NCBI GenBank assembly: GCA_902763535.1
Contig: CACWSG010000001.1
Location: 128,261-192,260 of the forward strand
From: an uncultured Pseudomonadota bacterium
GTDB taxonomy: Bacteria; Pseudomonadota; Alphaproteobacteria; RF32; CAG-239
Direction of reading: 5' to 3'
DNA length: 64,000 bases
Shown: positions 49,717 through 58,814 of the stretch, piece after piece
How positions within the stretch are numbered: the first letter of the stretch is position 1
Layout of the letters: each line of letters begins with the position of its first letter
Position numbers and translations under genes: made by a program
The notes under the pieces: generated by a model
Told to the model about the DNA's origin: nothing
Database searches by the model: none
Seen by the model: only the letters and a program-made list of their open reading frames with translations

Positions 49717-50415
49717 CTACATCTCTTGCAATCCTTGATCCACCACTTCTTCCAGTGTCGGATAACGAGGTGTTTTTTTGTCGGATTTTGCAGTGTCCTG
49801 CGGCGATTTTTCACCATCCAACTGACGGCGAAGATTGGCGACATACTCCTTGCCATAGGCATCTTGAATATCGCTAATCTTAAAATCGAGCAGCTCAACC
49901 CCGCAAGATAAAAAGTCAGATTGCTTTTCAAGTATAGCATCTTTAGCTATAACCTCCGAAACACCGGATTTGAGCAGTTCTTTCAGTTTCATCTCACGAC
50001 AGGCATTATATGCCACCGCTTTAACACACAACTCAATTGTTGCCATGGCGTGACGTTTGAACAACTTTTCCACATCATTAAGGCGCAAAAATGCTTCCAC
50101 CTTAACTTTTATCTTAACCGCGGAAGAAGCAAACACGATTAAGACAAAACAGTTGTCAATTGTCACCTTAAACCTGTTGTCATCGCCCTGCAGAACGATA
50201 ATTTGATCATCCGAATAACGTTGATACTTGTTATTCTTTTCATGCGCCCCGTACCACGAGATAACACCATCATGACGCACCAAATGTGTCTCGCCATCCG
50301 GCACCGTAACCTCATAGCCGACCGGCTTTTTTCTGTTTTTGTCGGCACTATAAATTGCCAACACCACAAACATCACAATAGCCACGAAAGCTAAAGTCAA
50401 AATTGTTGATCCCAT
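49717..50415 (-). CDS. Membrane-anchored SPFH/Band-7-like protein
   Basis: An N-terminal TM, 'VPDGETHLVRHDGVI' and 'GVELLDFKISDIQ' resemble SPFH core segments. The assignment is by eye only. Promoter TTGACA-16-TATCAT, no SD. Confidence 0.5.
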   Translation of the reverse strand: MGSTILTLAFVAIVMFVVLAIYSADKNRKKPVGYEVTVPDGETHLVRHDGVISWYGAHEKNNKYQRYSDDQIIVLQGDDNRFKVTIDNCFVLIVFASSAVKIKVKVEAFLRLNDVEKLFKRHAMATIELCVKAVAYNACREMKLKELLKSGVSEVIAKDAILEKQSDFLSCGVELLDFKISDIQDAYGKEYVANLRRQLDGEKSPQDTAKSDKKTPRYPTLEEVVDQGLQEM

Positions 50416-50572
50416 AATAAATAAGTTTTTTTGATTAATAAATAAATTAATTAATGATAAAATTTGCTGTTATGATAACAATCAGTGCTTTTTTGTCAAG
50501 TTTAAATACCAAAAAACCGCTCTCTCTGAAAAGAGAGAACGGTTTTTTCAAGCTTTCGACTCGCTATCTTTT

Positions 50573-50893
50573 TTAGAAAGCGTTCTTCAAATTATTTAAA
50601 CTGTTTTTCAAATTCTCAGCAGCTTTTTCATTCTCTTTCTTTTGAGCTGCAGCCTCGTCTTCTTGAGCTTTCTTTTGAGCTGCCAAATTGGCTTTAGCTT
50701 CATCAACTTTAGCCTGAGCCGCATCAACTTTGGCTTGAGTTTCGGCTTTTGCCTCGTTTACTTGAGCAGTAGCAGCATCAACCTTGGCAGCGGCATTATT
50801 TAATGCACCGGCAACATCAACTTGAGCATTGGCAGCAAAAGCAACTGATGTCAACAAAGCTGTCAAAACAAATAACTTTTTCATTTTTTCCAT
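50573..50893 (-). CDS. Secreted Ala/Lys/Glu-rich coiled-coil protein
   Basis: Signal peptide 'AFAANAQ', then repetitive 'AKVDAA.AQV.EAKA' heptad-like sequence. Confidence 0.55.
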   Translation of the reverse strand: MEKMKKLFVLTALLTSVAFAANAQVDVAGALNNAAAKVDAATAQVNEAKAETQAKVDAAQAKVDEAKANLAAQKKAQEDEAAAQKKENEKAAENLKNSLNNLKNAF

Positions 50894-51002
50894 CTCCTCA
50901 TAGATTGATTAAACATGACGCAGTGTAATCACAATTTATTCTTATGACAATCATAATAAAATTTTTCTTAACAAAAAAACAAAAGGTCGGATTACTCCGA
51001 CC

Positions 51003-51416
51003 TCAATTTACATCAATTTCAACTTCACCAAGGCGGTAGCTTATATCATCGCCGAGCATAGCTTGAAGTTGTTCTTCAAAATCATGCCAATGTTCTAAGG
51101 GATATCTCCACCCCTTTTCGATGATTATATCATCTATTGCCAGGTGAATAGCTCTTAGTTGATTTGGTTCAGAGTAATAGGGTATAACTACCTGTCGTAC
51201 TGAGTCACAATCAAAGTAAACAAAGTCTTTGATTGTGCTATCTGTCTCAAGCGAGTAATACCCCACTTTACCATAAGCCCCAAACTCCCAATCCTCCAGC
51301 GCCGGAGCCTCAATAGTCTGGTTGTCAACCATATAGACACTATTCGGTGAAGTTGAATTTTTTGGATTGCATGCGGCCAGTAAAAACAGTAGTGCCGCTA
51401 AAAATTCTCTTTTCAT
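51003..51416 (-). CDS. Lipoprotein, unknown function
   Basis: Lipobox 'LLAAC'. 137 aa. Terminator hairpin downstream. Confidence 0.55.
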   Translation of the reverse strand: MKREFLAALLFLLAACNPKNSTSPNSVYMVDNQTIEAPALEDWEFGAYGKVGYYSLETDSTIKDFVYFDCDSVRQVVIPYYSEPNQLRAIHLAIDDIIIEKGWRYPLEHWHDFEEQLQAMLGDDISYRLGEVEIDVN

Positions 51417-51592
51417 ATCTCAATAATTTTTTGTATCTCAAATATACTACTTTTGCCTCAATCCGTCAACCATTTTTTAGACAAAAAACATCTTTTTTAC
51501 GGCTGTCAATATTTGTTCTTTTTTGCTGGATTTTGTTTAACTTTGCTTATATATTGCGGGCAGACTAATTTTTTAACAAAAGGAAAATGTAG

Positions 51593-54500
51593 ATGTCTGA
51601 TGTGAAAATGAAAATGATGGACGGCAACGAAGCTGCCGCCTCCGTTGCTCACCGCATGAACGAGGTTTGCGTAATCTACCCGATTACTCCTTCTTCACCG
51701 ATGGGCGAATGGGCTGATGCTTGGTCAGCCGCCAACCAAAAAAATATTTGGGGTGTTGTTCCCAATGTTCAAGAGATGCAATCTGAGGCCGGTGCCGCCG
51801 GTGCCTGCCATGGCTCAATTCAGGCCGGTGCTTTGACCACCACCTTTACCGCCTCGCAAGGTTTGCTTCTGATGATTCCCAATATGTACAAGATTGCCGG
51901 CGAATTAAGCCCGTTTGTTATGCATGTTGCCGCACGCTCCTTGTCCTATCATGCCTTGTCTATTTTCGGCGATCACTCGGATGTTATGGCCTGCCGTCAA
52001 ACCGGTTTTGCCATGCTCTGCTCCAACTCGGTGCAAGAAGCTCATGATATGGCCGCCATTGCGCAGACTTCCACCTTGCGCTCACGCGTTCCGTTTATGC
52101 ATTTCTTTGATGGTTTCCGCACATCTCACGAGATTAAAAAGATTAAATTGCTCTCTGATGATGATTTGCGCGCCATGTTAGAAGGTGTTGATTTTTCATT
52201 CAATGCTAAAAATGCTTTGCGTCCGGAAGCACCTGTTTTGCGCGGTACCGCTCAAAACCCCGATGTTTTCTTCCAAGGTCGTGAAGCCGGCAACAAGTTC
52301 TATGCTCAGGTTGAACGCATTGTTCAAGAAGAGATGGATAAATTTGCCAAGATTTCGGGACGCAAATACAATGTTGTTGACTATTGCGGACCTGATGATG
52401 CCGAACAAGTTATCGTAATCATGGGCTCCGGTGCCGAAACCGTTGAAGAAACCATTGAATATTTGAACAATAACGGCTATAAGGTCGGCTTGATGAAAGT
52501 TCATCTCTATCGTCCTTTCCCCGAGAAATCTTTCTTGAAGGCCTTGCCCAAGTCGGTTAAAGTTGTCAATGTTCTTGACAGAACTAAAGAATCCGGCTCA
52601 ATCGGTGAACCTTTGTATTTGGATGTTGTTGCCACCTTAAGTCAAGCCTTTGCTAAAGGCGAGATTGCTTTCTGCCCGCGCATTTATGGCGGTCGTTATG
52701 GTTTGTCATCCAAAGAATTTACCCCGGGTATGGTTCGCGCCGTTTATGACAATGGTGCCAGCATGAACCCGATTAACAGCTTCTCGGTTGGTATCAATGA
52801 TGATGTCAACAACACTTCTCTGCCCTATTCTGACGATATTGACACCGAGGGCAAAGATGTTGTTCGTGCCGTATTCTACGGCTTGGGTGCCGATGGTACG
52901 GTTGGTGCCAACAAAAACTCGATTAAGATTATTGCTGAAGACGCCGGCAAATATGGTCAAGGCTATTTTGTTTACGATTCTCGCAAATCCGGCTCTATGA
53001 CCACTTCACACTTGCGTTTTTCTGATAATCCTATTCGTGCAGCTTATCAAATCAACAAAGCTGACTTTGTGGCTTGTCACCAATTTCCGTTCATGGCTAA
53101 GGTTGATGTTTTGAAAATCGCCAAAAAGGGCGGCGTTTTCTTGCTTAATGCACCTTATGCCGCGAATGAAGTTTGGGATCATTTAACCGCTGAAGTTCAA
53201 CAAGAAATCATTGATAAAAAGTTGGAATTCTACACCATTAATGCGGTTGAAGTTGCTCGTGAAACCGGCATGGGACAGCGCATTAACACCATTATGCAGG
53301 CTTGTTTCTTTGCCATTTCCAACATTTTGCCCAAAGATGAGGCAATTGCCCAGATTAAGAATGCAATCAAAAAAACCTATTCTAAGAAGGGTGACGAGAT
53401 TGTACAAAAGAACTATGCTGCGGTTGATGCTTCTTTGGCTCACATGCACAAAGTTGAATATCCCAACGAGGTTACTTCCAAACTGCATCGTCTGCCTCCG
53501 GTTCCGGCTAATGCTCCGGAGTTTGTTCAAAAAGTTACTGCCGAAATTATTGCCGATCGTGGTAATGAATTGCCGGTATCTGCTTTCAACGATGTGGTTG
53601 ACGGAACTTGGCCGACCGGTACGACCAAATTTGAAAAACGTTGTATCGCTACCGAAATTCCGGTTTGGGACAATGAAACTTGTATCCAATGCGGCAAATG
53701 CTCGATTGTCTGCCCGCATGGCGTTATCAGAATGAAAGTTGCATCTGATGATGATTTGAAAAATGCTCCGGCTACTTTGAAATCTGCTGCCTACAAAGGC
53801 AAAGAATTCGAGGGCAAAAAGTTCATCTTGCAAATCTCTCCCGAAGATTGCACCGGATGCGGCATCTGCGTTTCGGCCTGCCCTGCCAAAAACAAGGCTA
53901 ACCCCGAATTGCACGCCATTAATATGGATCACATTGAAAATCATCTGGAAGCCGAAAAAGCTAACTGGAACTTCTTTGAGACTTTGCCTTATGTAAAGCG
54001 CACCGAAGTTTCTAAGAACTTGCCCAAGACCACCCAAATGATTCAACCATTGTTTGAGTTCTCGGGTGCTTGCGCCGGCTGCGGTGAGACTCCTTATATC
54101 AAATTGCTCACTCAGTTGTTTGGTGATCGCATGATGGTTGCCAATGCTACCGGTTGTACCTCCATTTACTCCGGCAACTTGCCGACCACTCCTTATACCA
54201 AAGACGAAAAAGGTCATGGTCCGGCTTGGTCAAACTCTCTGTTTGAAGACAATGCCGAGTTTGGTTTGGGTATGCGTTTCTCGGTTGATCAACAAACTTC
54301 TTTTGCCAAAGCCTTGCTTGATGGCTTAAAAGACAAAGTTGGTGCTGATTTGGCTGACAAATTGTTGAACAACCCGCAAAAGACCGATGCTGAGATTGAT
54401 GAACAACGCGATTTGGTTAAAGAATTGCGTGCCAAACTTTCCGGTATCAAATCTGATGAGGCCAAACACCTCGACAAATTGGCTGATTACTTGATTAAGA

Positions 54501-55153
54501 AATCAGTTTGGATTATCGGTGGTGACGGTTGGGCTTATGATATTGGTTTCGGCGGCTTGGATCATGCTATTGCTTCCGGCAAAAACATCAACATTTTGGT
54601 TCTTGATACCGGCGTTTACTCCAACACCGGCGGTCAACAATCCAAGGCTACCCCGATGGGTGCTTCGGCTAAATTTGCCACAGCCGGTAAATCTTTGCCG
54701 AAAAAAGATTTGGGCATGATTGCTATGTCTTATGGCAATGTTTATGTTGCTCAAGTTTCGATGGGCGCTAACGACAGCCAAGTAATCAAAGCTATGAACG
54801 AGGCCGAGGCTTATGATGGACCTTCTATCATTATTGCCTATGCTCACTGCATTGCTCAAGGCTTCAACTTGGCTGATGGTTTGACTCACCAAAAAGCCGC
54901 CGTTGAAACCGGATCTTGGCCGTTGTATCGTTATAATCCGGAGAATATTAAAGAGGGTAAAGCTCCTTTGACTTTGGATTCAAAGGCTCCCTCCCGTCCG
55001 TTGTCGGATTATATGTCGAACGAAACTCGTTTCCAAGTTGTCAACAAGCAGAATCCTGCTCGTTATGAGAGCTTGCTCAACAAGGCTCAAGAGAATGTTA
55101 AAGAAAAACGTTCTCTCTTAGAGCATATGTCCGAGTTCAAATTGGCTGAATAA
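51593..55153 (+). CDS. nifJ: Pyruvate:ferredoxin (flavodoxin) oxidoreductase, single-polypeptide NifJ/PFOR type
   Basis: 1186 aa. Two 4Fe-4S motifs ('CIQCGKCSIVCPHG', 'CTGCGICVSACP'), TPP-binding 'GGDGWAYDIGFGGLDH', and N-terminus 'MDGNEAAASVAHRMNEVCVIYPITPSSPM'. Confidence 0.96.
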   Translation: MSDVKMKMMDGNEAAASVAHRMNEVCVIYPITPSSPMGEWADAWSAANQKNIWGVVPNVQEMQSEAGAAGACHGSIQAGALTTTFTASQGLLLMIPNMYKIAGELSPFVMHVAARSLSYHALSIFGDHSDVMACRQTGFAMLCSNSVQEAHDMAAIAQTSTLRSRVPFMHFFDGFRTSHEIKKIKLLSDDDLRAMLEGVDFSFNAKNALRPEAPVLRGTAQNPDVFFQGREAGNKFYAQVERIVQEEMDKFAKISGRKYNVVDYCGPDDAEQVIVIMGSGAETVEETIEYLNNNGYKVGLMKVHLYRPFPEKSFLKALPKSVKVVNVLDRTKESGSIGEPLYLDVVATLSQAFAKGEIAFCPRIYGGRYGLSSKEFTPGMVRAVYDNGASMNPINSFSVGINDDVNNTSLPYSDDIDTEGKDVVRAVFYGLGADGTVGANKNSIKIIAEDAGKYGQGYFVYDSRKSGSMTTSHLRFSDNPIRAAYQINKADFVACHQFPFMAKVDVLKIAKKGGVFLLNAPYAANEVWDHLTAEVQQEIIDKKLEFYTINAVEVARETGMGQRINTIMQACFFAISNILPKDEAIAQIKNAIKKTYSKKGDEIVQKNYAAVDASLAHMHKVEYPNEVTSKLHRLPPVPANAPEFVQKVTAEIIADRGNELPVSAFNDVVDGTWPTGTTKFEKRCIATEIPVWDNETCIQCGKCSIVCPHGVIRMKVASDDDLKNAPATLKSAAYKGKEFEGKKFILQISPEDCTGCGICVSACPAKNKANPELHAINMDHIENHLEAEKANWNFFETLPYVKRTEVSKNLPKTTQMIQPLFEFSGACAGCGETPYIKLLTQLFGDRMMVANATGCTSIYSGNLPTTPYTKDEKGHGPAWSNSLFEDNAEFGLGMRFSVDQQTSFAKALLDGLKDKVGADLADKLLNNPQKTDAEIDEQRDLVKELRAKLSGIKSDEAKHLDKLADYLIKKSVWIIGGDGWAYDIGFGGLDHAIASGKNINILVLDTGVYSNTGGQQSKATPMGASAKFATAGKSLPKKDLGMIAMSYGNVYVAQVSMGANDSQVIKAMNEAEAYDGPSIIIAYAHCIAQGFNLADGLTHQKAAVETGSWPLYRYNPENIKEGKAPLTLDSKAPSRPLSDYMSNETRFQVVNKQNPARYESLLNKAQENVKEKRSLLEHMSEFKLAE

Positions 55154-55175
55154 CCTTATCAGCTAACCAAAACAA

Positions 55176-55207
55176 AAAACCTCAAGTCTTCGGGCTTGAG
55201 GTTTTTT
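55176..55207 (+). terminator. Rho-independent terminator of nifJ
   Basis: 'aacctcaagtcttcgggcttgaggtt' hairpin followed by a T-run. Confidence 0.7.
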
Positions 55208-55208
55208 A

Positions 55209-55236
55209 TTGACAAAATATTGTTTTCGTCTAAGAT
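55209..55236 (+). promoter_or_regulatory. Sigma-70-type promoter of 55270..55950
   Basis: TTGACA, 16 nt, TAAGAT. It has the same 'TTGACAAAAT...TAAGAT' flavour as the ACP-cassette promoters. Confidence 0.5.
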
Positions 55237-55269
55237 ACAAACAGAAAAAAATTAAAAAATATTATAATT

Positions 55270-55950
55270 ATGGAACAAATGAAAAAAGCCGAAAATTGTT
55301 GGTGTCCGTCATATAACGATGCCGCAAGAGTTTTGGGATTGAGCCTGCCGATTAAACTCGGTCGTTTTACCACTGATGGTTTTGATGACTATTTTTGGTA
55401 CATCGAAGGAAAGTACTCTCCCAAATTCATGCCGCTGTTTCGTAGTACCGACATGGACGAGTTTCGCTACTGGGCAACTTCTGGCAACAACTACCAGCTG
55501 ACCGCTTTGCAACCGGGAAGTTATTTCCCTGATAATCATGGCAAAATCTACTACTATGATGCTGATGATTTGTCCATTTATTATATGGTCAACTTCTTAA
55601 GCATCAGCTCTGTTGCCATTTTTGCCAAATCTTATGGCCTTTCTGCCGTCAATGTAGCATTGGCTAAGTTGGTAGATGATGATTGCGTTGATGAAAAGTG
55701 TGTTTGGTTGTTGCAACAAGTTGATACTGATGAAGATTTTGCTCCCGTGGTCATGCTTCCCGTTTTTGAAGAAGACCGTAATGCAATACTTAAAAAAGAG
55801 TGGCGACAAGAAAACATTCATGTCTTGTGCAAAGGCGATACTATTGTACATGATGATAACCTTTACAAAGTTGGACTTAACCCGCAAGAAGGTTTTATGC
55901 TCGAAGCACAAAGAATCGATTTTGATTTCAATTCCCTGTTTAAAACATAA
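55270..55950 (+). CDS. Hypothetical protein (paralog of 56039..56689)
   Basis: 226-aa ORF with its own promoter and terminator. It shares 'W(L/V)..(V)...........PVF(E/A)ED' and the C-terminal 'Y.V.L.P..G(F/Y).L' with the next gene. Confidence 0.55.
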   Translation: MEQMKKAENCWCPSYNDAARVLGLSLPIKLGRFTTDGFDDYFWYIEGKYSPKFMPLFRSTDMDEFRYWATSGNNYQLTALQPGSYFPDNHGKIYYYDADDLSIYYMVNFLSISSVAIFAKSYGLSAVNVALAKLVDDDCVDEKCVWLLQQVDTDEDFAPVVMLPVFEEDRNAILKKEWRQENIHVLCKGDTIVHDDNLYKVGLNPQEGFMLEAQRIDFDFNSLFKT

Positions 55951-56038
55951 AACAGGGAATTTTTTATTTGACTTTTTGTATTTTTTGTCTAGTATTAAAT
56001 GCATAAAAAAATTACTTACAAATTAAAAACCAAAAAAG

Positions 56039-56689
56039 ATGAAGAAAGAATTTTTTAAAGAGGCCAGTGATATTTGTATCGCCGCCACCGCCAAAAAAGC
56101 TGCAGAGCTCATGAGTTGCCCGGTCGATGAGATTGCTTTTGCCAGAGCAATCAACAATCAAAAGATTGGGTTTTGTTGGGTTCAACTCGGGACTGACAAA
56201 AAGCCCTTGAGCTATCAACCCTCTTTCGAAAATAACATCTTCGAAGAGGATTGTGACATCAGCAAAATAAGGCTGAAGGTTGTCAACAAAGACACTTACT
56301 TTGTCAAGGATGGCAACTTCTGCTATTATAATCAGCAGGAAAAAGTCATCTACAAAGTAGATGTCATTCCTTCGGGACGAGTGGCCGCCGAAAGAGCCCT
56401 TTTAGCCGGAATTGCGGCGCAGACTGTGTCCCTAGCCAACATCAAAAAGAAAGGTGTTGTCGGCAAACCTTCCCCACTTTATGTGTGGGTAGTAAAAGAC
56501 ACTTTGGGAAGAAGTTCACTTTTTCCGGTATTTGCCGAAGATGCCCACCGTCTGGTGGACGACAAGGGTAATCCTTTACCCAAGAACATCTTCGAGGCTC
56601 ATTATCTTGATCACGGGCAAAATGTCCGAAAACACGGGGAACTCTATCCAGTTATGTTAGATCCTGTCAAAGGTTATTACCTTAACTAA
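56039..56689 (+). CDS. Hypothetical protein (paralog of 55270..55950)
   Basis: 216-aa ORF. Promoter TTGACT-16-TAGTAT at 55968-55995. A strong bidirectional terminator lies at about 56697-56728. Confidence 0.55.
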   Translation: MKKEFFKEASDICIAATAKKAAELMSCPVDEIAFARAINNQKIGFCWVQLGTDKKPLSYQPSFENNIFEEDCDISKIRLKVVNKDTYFVKDGNFCYYNQQEKVIYKVDVIPSGRVAAERALLAGIAAQTVSLANIKKKGVVGKPSPLYVWVVKDTLGRSSLFPVFAEDAHRLVDDKGNPLPKNIFEAHYLDHGQNVRKHGELYPVMLDPVKGYYLN

Positions 56690-56748
56690 CACAAAAAACT
56701 CCTCAAGCAACTGCTTGAGGAGTTTTTTATGTTACGACTAGAAAAATT

Positions 56749-57438
56749 CTAGAAGTTAATCAGATCTACTCCTATTCTGGGTTTTTTCATAAGCAGGTCA
56801 CCCAATCTCCACCAATCCTTATTTTGGGAAGAGATTTTTTGAGATGAGAGATAAGCAGCAACCGCCATTCTAATACCCAAATGTCCTTTGGGGTAGAACG
56901 AATTGTCCGCGTAGTAGCAGTCCACTTGCGGACATTTGTCAACCATCACTTGTGCTGCCAACAACGGAAAGTCGGCGAACACCAGTACCTTCGGTTTCTT
57001 AGCGTCTTTGCTGGGTTGCCTCAAAAAATCCCCTTGCGGGAATCTTTCGTTGAGATCAGCAGCTGCCTTTTCCACAAGATCGATGGTACGGCGGAACGCC
57101 TCCGGACGGGAACTAATCTCGTCCTCATCAAAGTTAACCTCTATCTGCTCCACCTCCTTCGGCATAGCCATTTTGTTTCTCTTTGACAGCCACCTATTGT
57201 GACTGATAAAAACGACCATATCGGGAATTTCTTCGCCCAAATCAATTGCTGACTTTGTAAAAAAAGCAGATTCAGCAATTACATTGGGGTAGAATTCGTT
57301 ATTGCTAACGTAATCTATCTGATATTTCCCACGCCCCATCCAGCGGGCGATATGATGAGCCGTCCCGTAGAATCTTCTCATCTGTTCGTTGGTGTAGCGC
57401 ATGCCGTTGTTTTTCTTGGTGTTGTTTTTCTTTGCCAT
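56749..57438 (-). CDS. Hypothetical protein (229 aa, basic N-terminus)
   Basis: Clean ORF convergent with 56039..56689. No recognised motif. Confidence 0.55.
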   Translation of the reverse strand: MAKKNNTKKNNGMRYTNEQMRRFYGTAHHIARWMGRGKYQIDYVSNNEFYPNVIAESAFFTKSAIDLGEEIPDMVVFISHNRWLSKRNKMAMPKEVEQIEVNFDEDEISSRPEAFRRTIDLVEKAAADLNERFPQGDFLRQPSKDAKKPKVLVFADFPLLAAQVMVDKCPQVDCYYADNSFYPKGHLGIRMAVAAYLSSQKISSQNKDWWRLGDLLMKKPRIGVDLINF

Positions 57439-57553
57439 GATTTTTTGTTTTTAAATTATAATTATAGTGAGTTATCTATATCTTCTATGCTCAAAAATAT
57501 ATCATATTTTTAGACAAAAAGCAACAACAATTTTCAAAAAAAGTACCAACCCC

Positions 57554-57677
57554 AAAACTGCGGATAGCGTGCGCAAATAATAAGAAACAGCTTAAAAAGT
57601 ACCGGAGCGTACTTTTGTCGTACGTGAGGACACTTTTTAAGCTGTTTCTGTATTAGTTGCCAGCTAGACGCAGTTTT
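57554..57677. repeat. About 124-nt imperfect palindromic element (CGGATAG family), 3' of pepS-like gene
   Basis: Termini AAAACTGCG/CGCAGTTTT. Stems are 57586-57600/57632-57646 and 57608-12/57620-24. It is roughly 75-80% identical by eye to 63399-63523. Confidence 0.78.
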
Positions 57678-57684
57678 TACAGTT

Positions 57685-58812
57685 TTACTTTAATTTGTCA
57701 GGATTAAGCGCCTGCAACTCTTTTTCAACAAAAATTCCGTCTTTGCGAATAAGTTTATCATCAAACCATATCTCGCCGCCGCCATGAGCTTTGTCTTGAA
57801 TCAAAACCAAATCCCAATGAATCGACGAGCGATTGCCGTTGAATGTCTCATCATTATAAGAGTTGCCGATTGCCATGTGCATTGAGCAGGCAATTTTTTC
57901 ATCAAACAAAATATCGAGCATTTCTTTTCGGATATAAGGATTTACCCCAATCGCAAATTCGCCCATATATTTAGCTCCCTCATCAACGCTGAGTTGATGT
58001 TGCATTTTGTCGTTATTGGCGCGCGAAGTGGCTTTGATAATTTTGCCGTCCTTAAATTCCAAACAAATGTTGGAATAAAATACCCCGTCATACAAAGTAT
58101 CGGTATTAAATTGAATCTTGCCATTGATGGAATTTTTGACCGGTGCGGTATAAACCTCACCATCGGGAATATTCATCTTGCCGTCACACACAACTGCCTT
58201 CAAACCTTTGATAGAAAAAGTCAAATCGGTATTTGGACCTTTGATATGTACTTTATCGGTCTTGTCCATCAACTTTTTCAACGGCAGCATGGCTTTGCCC
58301 ATTTTTTTGTAATCAACCAAACAGCAGTTGAAATAAAAATCTTCCAAAGCCTCGCGCGGCATTTTGGCGGTTGCCGCCATGGTATTATTCGGCCAGCGCA
58401 TTACACACCAACGAGTTTTGGCAATACGCCGATCAAAATGCACCTTGTTATAAAAAATATCGCGATAGACATTCATCTTGGCTGTGGGAATATCCGCCAA
58501 AGCAAACAAATCATCATGTCCGCGCAGTCCGATATAACAATCCATATCGTCCATCAACGAAGCGTGCCATTTGGCATATTGCTCCATTTGCTCCGGCTTG
58601 GAATTGACTATAAGTTGCTTTACAAACTCGTTATCATTATAAAAATAAAACGGCGTTGCTCCCATTTTGGTAGCGATTCGCACCAGCTCTTTCAACATAT
58701 CCTTTGTTGATTCGCTAAAAGCCTCAATATAAATCTTTTCACCTTTTTTCAACTCAACCGAATTTTTTAGAATATTCTCGGCTAATTTGGTAATTCTCTC
58801 ATCAATTTTCAT
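57685..58812 (-). CDS. Aminopeptidase, M29 (AmpS/PepS/aminopeptidase T) family
   Basis: 'LAENILKNSVELKKGEKIYIEAF' N-terminus and 'MHMAIGNSY' near the C-terminus are typical of M29 peptidases. Confidence 0.82.
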   Translation of the reverse strand: MKIDERITKLAENILKNSVELKKGEKIYIEAFSESTKDMLKELVRIATKMGATPFYFYNDNEFVKQLIVNSKPEQMEQYAKWHASLMDDMDCYIGLRGHDDLFALADIPTAKMNVYRDIFYNKVHFDRRIAKTRWCVMRWPNNTMAATAKMPREALEDFYFNCCLVDYKKMGKAMLPLKKLMDKTDKVHIKGPNTDLTFSIKGLKAVVCDGKMNIPDGEVYTAPVKNSINGKIQFNTDTLYDGVFYSNICLEFKDGKIIKATSRANNDKMQHQLSVDEGAKYMGEFAIGVNPYIRKEMLDILFDEKIACSMHMAIGNSYNDETFNGNRSSIHWDLVLIQDKAHGGGEIWFDDKLIRKDGIFVEKELQALNPDKLK

Positions 58813-58814
58813 AT

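Noticed and set aside
53183-54217. A 344-aa antisense ORF inside nifJ, along with other long shadow ORFs (for example 57994..58710 inside the M29 peptidase, 14007..14495 inside uvrA, and 45470..45808 inside fliK).
   Set aside because: They lie fully within confidently identified genes on the opposite strand. They have biased low-complexity composition typical of antisense frames and no start context.
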